Origin: Rhizodiscina lignyota
Taxonomy: Eukaryota
DNA length: 64,000 bases
NCBI GenBank assembly: GCA_010015805.1
Contig: ML978126.1
Coordinates: forward strand, 1,798,001-1,862,000
Direction: 5' to 3'
Shown here: positions 60,366 to 64,000 of the stretch, one piece after another
How positions within the stretch are numbered: the stretch's first letter is position 1
Layout: every line of letters begins with the position of its first letter
The notes under the pieces: model-generated
Database searches by the model: none
Seen by the model: the letters and a program-made list of their open reading frames with translations, nothing else
What the model was told of the DNA's origin: nothing
Translations under genes and position numbers: made by a program

Positions 60366-62618
60366 ATGTCTTTTCAAGTGAGCCTTGGCGACATCGTCAA
60401 GGCGTTGGAGATCTGCCATTGGATTCACAGGAACTGCTTCAATCCGATTAACAATGCGAGGTGAGTATTGAACGTCTTTTGCAAGCTGCGAATCCCTGCT
60501 AACCTTGCTTTGTAGTGTCCTCTACGTCGGATTCCGCGATGATGTTCTCCAGCTTGAGAACCGCATCAAGCAGTTTCAAGCATCCTTCGAGAATGCATTC
60601 CAACAGCTTGCGAGTATGGACTTGGCGAGGCTTGATATGCTCAAGTTAGAGAGCGACGAACTCATCGGCGACTACCTCACCACCCTCAAAGAATGCAAAC
60701 AACTGCTACAGAAGCATGCAAAGTTCAACGGTGACCGAGCGACAGCGCTTGACAATGCTTTTTGGCATGCGAGATCGCAGCCACGTGTCGAAGAGCTACG
60801 GAAACAACTTCAATCACACAGCTACAAGATCTACCTCTTCCTCGAACCTGTCAGACTTGAACTGGTCACGAATATATCGGCAGATACGCAGGAGATATTG
60901 ACACTTCTTCGTCAACAGTCTGGAATAACCAACTCAACACAACTCCCTGAGATACCGCCCTCAATGGATGCCGCCTTGAGAGCCGCATTGTTCAGAGACT
61001 ACCCAGTCCCATTCGATGAAGCTCGGAATATACCTCTCAGAGAAAGCATAGACGCTCTCTTTCTTCATTTTCGCGACTGTACGGTCGGGTCAACAAGTTC
61101 TGGAATTGGCCCGGATATAAAGCAGAATCTGGGCCTCCTCAAAGCCCACTGGTTGTTTCAGACTATCGAATCTTCAGCCTCCCTCTCTCAAAGTCGTCAA
61201 GGTTCGCTCTATCGTCGTGTTCATGAACAGCTGGGACAACGTATAGAGAAGCAATACAAGTCACTCAAGATTCAGCGATGGGCCGAGGAGGACTTTGAAG
61301 CGCTGGATGATGTTGCATGGGCAATATGGCCAATCAAGGAACTTCCCAAGCCTGACGTGATGACCGACAGGAATGATCGCGAAGAGAAGCTTGCCGAAGT
61401 CCCTCTTGTTTGTCGCTATCCAGATCAAAAGGAAGACCTCTATATTTTCCGCGTCAGTGAGAGCACACTTCGAATCGTCAGAACGCGAAACTTGAAGAGT
61501 CAATCGGTTGGGCTTCAAATGACTGAACGTTTCTTAGATCTAGATTGTGATGGATTGGTTCCCTTCTACGCCGTGGCGCCTCCAATCGGTGACTGCTACA
61601 CGCTGAATATGACAAATGGGAAAGGAGGTGGCTCTGTTTCCTACGACTTCCCCTCTCGTAAAACAGCTCTTCGAGTGCAAACCGCCTTCACTGGATATCA
61701 TACCATCTCCGTCACCACCGGTATCACATGTACAGTTACCTGGCGCCGCACATCACGTATCAACAGAAGCGATCAGGAAAAAGCAGCTGGCGAGGTACAG
61801 ATCTGGCAATGGCCAGTCCCGAAACCTCCGAGCGGACAATCCACGAACCTACATTCTCCAAGCGAACCTTCATCGAGCAGTCTGAGCAACAGCATTTATT
61901 CGAAATCAGGACAATCAAGCATTGCACATCAGACTTTCCAGGCGTTCGACCCCAACGTTGTCTCCATCACGGGTGTTGGAGGAGGTGGAGAGATGATGAT
62001 CGCTGAGCTACCCCCTGCTCCTGTACTGGTATTTCTAGTGCAGCGAGAATCAAAGTACACAATGTGGCATCTAGAACGTAGGTCTTAAAAATCACTATTC
62101 CCGTATGAAGATTGGCTAACCCTCCCACAGTATTACAGGTTGAATTGAAGAAGAATCTCCGACATTCGAAGAAATATCGCACAATTCTCGAAAGGCCCAC
62201 AGGGAAGATCTTTCCTTTGCGACGACTGGCGGTGAATGAATCACAACTGGATTTCTGGAACATCCGCTCCATTGCAGTCCCACCGCGCTCTAAAGACAAA
62301 GGCAAGCCGGCTGTCGAGAACCTTGATGGTACGAGCGTTGTGCTCGACTTTGCAACCGAGCAGGAACAGACGACCTTCGAGGCCTACTTCAAGCACACTG
62401 CTCTCCAGCGTATGAAACAGATCAAACAATTCAACCTCGGTCGAAATGTAGCCCTCTCTCAATCTGACATGCCGTCGCGGCGGGCCAGCTACGTTCCTGC
62501 CACCATATATGGCGAGTCAGCCTCAGCCTCAACGATCACGCCAATACCTGAAAGGAAAGAGACTGGCGTTCCGATTTTGAATCCTATTCCAACTTTTCCG
62601 TCTTTGCACAACATTTAG
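60366..62618 (+). CDS. Uncharacterised protein of about 715 aa with a helical N-terminal domain, introns 60461-60515 and 62078-62130
   Basis: Exon 1 MSFQVSLGDIVKALEICHWI splices into ORF 60505-62088, then into ORF 62112-62618. Confidence 0.8.
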
Positions 62619-64000
62619 TGCTGACCACATATGGAGCAGAGGTGCGGAAACCTTATTTCACTTGGGTATGCCGCAACCTCCTCCAGGAGAGTGGCATGAT
62701 TGTATATAATTATGAAGATACCCAAATGATTATCAACTAAACATTACCGTAGTACCTCAATTGATGAAACATAGTTTGTGACTCAGATTGTTTTTACGGA
62801 GCTTGAACAGACTTGGGGTGCGAAGAAGCCAGTTTCTCGTGAGCGTACGAGACATATAATAGGGCCTTATCATTGCTCTGTGTCTTCTATTAAGAAATTA
62901 AGCTTTAGCATATTTTCCGGATCCTTTTGTGTAGCTTTGCCTGCCCTTTCTGTTTTCTCGTCTAACTTCACCCCAAGAACCTCTCCTGATGTAAAGAGTA
63001 CGTCGACATATTCCTAATCGCCGCCAGTGGCACCTTGGACACCTACCACTCCTCCGAATCCACTATCATAAGAGGTGCCATACCGGATCAACAATCCATC
63101 CTCGTGGGCTATCATTAAACTCCCTTGCGAGATCGCGCCCAACGTAGAGGAAAATTATGGAAATCGTCAAGAATCTCGGCAACTTATCGTCGTGAATGTT
63201 CTCATGGTAAGTCAAGCGGATGAGGTATATTTGAGGGGCCCATGCCTAGATCGAGGGCTTGATAATTCGAAGCAGATACATATCGAGAGCAAACGGACAT
63301 GTGATGATTAATTGAAGCTGGCCGGAGTTCTGTTACTGATGAAGTCAAAGTAAGCCCATGACCCCCGTAATGCCAAGAACATCAGGCCATGTACCTCTCG
63401 GCCGATACCTCCCGCCAACATGCATCCTTCGTCTAACTCTCTTATCATCGAAGCTATATTTCAAATACATTTACAACCATTGGACCACGAGACAAAGCTC
63501 TCCAAAAGCGTAGTGATTCGCTAAAGCTTTCCACAGAGTAGAAGTCTCGAGCAGCGTTGTGAATATCAACCGTCAGCGGCACTTGGAGTGGCATGAATGC
63601 CAACAAGATCGGTTATATCGTCTGCGGCGGATGGTCCCATTACAAATCTAGGATCCCAATCCTTGGATGGCAAGCTGTACGAGTAAAGTTAACTGCAGAG
63701 CTTCGACGGCCCTCGCCAGGTCTGCCAAATCTACAAGGCCGCCGCTATCACTGTCGACCTTTGATCAAGCAACTACAAACCGCTGGACTGGCAAGGAAAG
63801 CAAATATGAGCGGCCGAGTTCCTATTGAGCCACAGCGTGTCGACGCACCCCTAACTCAGGCGGCGACATTCCTCGTTCTATCACTCACTGACGCGCCCGA
63901 TGCAGTGAAAACAGTACGCTCAACAATCGCGAGTGTCGACGACCTTGCAAAGAATGTCTCCATTCGCGACCTAGGCGCTTCATTCGCTTGTACTGTTGGT

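Noticed and set aside
62700..64000. Possible gene at the end of the window
   Set aside because: I could not build a consistent ORF or splice model

Overview
Genomic DNA of a filamentous ascomycete (Pezizomycotina-type): short GT-AG introns with CTAAY/CTGAY branch points and dense gene spacing. Recognisable genes: a GT1 UDP-glycosyltransferase, four MFS transporters (sugar porter, drug/H+ antiporter-like, allantoate-permease-like, TRI12-like with a frameshift), an Old Yellow Enzyme, ornithine decarboxylase, DGAT2, STK19, Cdc6/Cdc18, mitochondrial Met-tRNA ligase, an alpha-factor-type repeated peptide precursor, a BTB/POZ gene with decayed tandem copies and a MUP1-like permease. Features the ORF track misses or hides: (i) a non-AUG uORF ending Pro-Pro-stop in the AUG-free ODC leader; (ii) three intron-split micro-genes for secreted Cys peptides, one with a second peptide repeat behind an in-frame TAG; (iii) two very diverged paralogues of a family I do not recognise (32.7-35.0 and 38.9-40.8 kb) sharing intron positions and Cys motifs; (iv) a 154-bp TA-flanked MITE and RIP-like decay; (v) clustered TATTGA motifs upstream of the pheromone precursor. 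All calls come from reading and manually splicing the sequence; no database search was run. No rRNA, tRNA or CRISPR was seen.
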